From Leucoraja erinacea (taxonomy: Eukaryota): a DNA stretch of 64,000 bases. Below are positions 63,591-64,000 of the stretch, one piece after another. Below the pieces are notes generated by a model that ran no database searches, was not told where the DNA came from, and saw only the letters and a list, made by a program, of their open reading frames with translations. The stretch spans positions 2,790,001 through 2,854,000 of the forward strand of contig NC_073399.1 of assembly GCF_028641065.1 (NCBI RefSeq), written 5' to 3'. Position 1 is the stretch's first letter, and every line of letters starts with the position of its first letter. The translations under genes and the position numbers were made by a program.

Positions 63591-64000
63591 ATACACATAC
63601 GCATAACGGGCGTTCCGGTTTCCTCCCGCATTCCAAAGACGTACAAGTTTGTAGGTTAATTGACCTGTAAGATTTCAAATTGTCCCTAGTGTGTAGGACG
63701 GTGCTGGTGCACAGGGTGGTCGCTGGTCGACACAGACACAGTCTGTCTGTCTGTCTGTCTGTCACAGTCTGTCTGTCTCCACGCTGTGTCTCAAAAGTAA
63801 AGTCAAGTTTCCTGGGATGGAGTGGCTCGGTCATGTCAAAAGTGGAGAAGCTGGTTTTATTTTCCTTCAAGCAGAGGAGGCTCAGGGAGTGGCCACTTGG
63901 CATGTAAAATCCAGTATGGTATGGCAACTGCTCAAACATACCAGTATGGTATGGCAACTGCTCTGTCTCCGACCGGAAGGCATTGCAGAGGGTGGTGAAA

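Overview
Eukaryotic, repeat-rich vertebrate DNA. The repeat complement (HE1-type tRNA/V-SINEs, CR1/HER1 LINEs, Deu-domain SINEs, Penelope-like elements) points to a cartilaginous fish, probably a skate or ray (inference). The only well-supported host coding sequence is the first coding exon of a TRIM gene on the minus strand (39198-38434; RING + long acidic linker + B-box1 + B-box2, TRIM16/TRIM25/finTRIM group). I could not find its coiled-coil or PRY-SPRY exons; a 100-N gap lies about 100 bp downstream. About 23.3-38.2 kb looks like low-accuracy, unpolished sequence (repeat copies scrambled by indels, poly-G and CA runs, two N gaps) and contains a corrupted myosin-V-like motor exon. Most other recognisable ORFs in the track are LINE/LTR fragments; the rest look like chance frames. 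The most interesting signal is an abundant short Penelope-derived element carrying a minimal hammerhead-ribozyme core, which recurs as TSD-flanked monomers, fold-back dimers and a tandem array. No rRNA, true tRNA gene or CRISPR array was seen. All assignments are by eye and most repeat boundaries are approximate.
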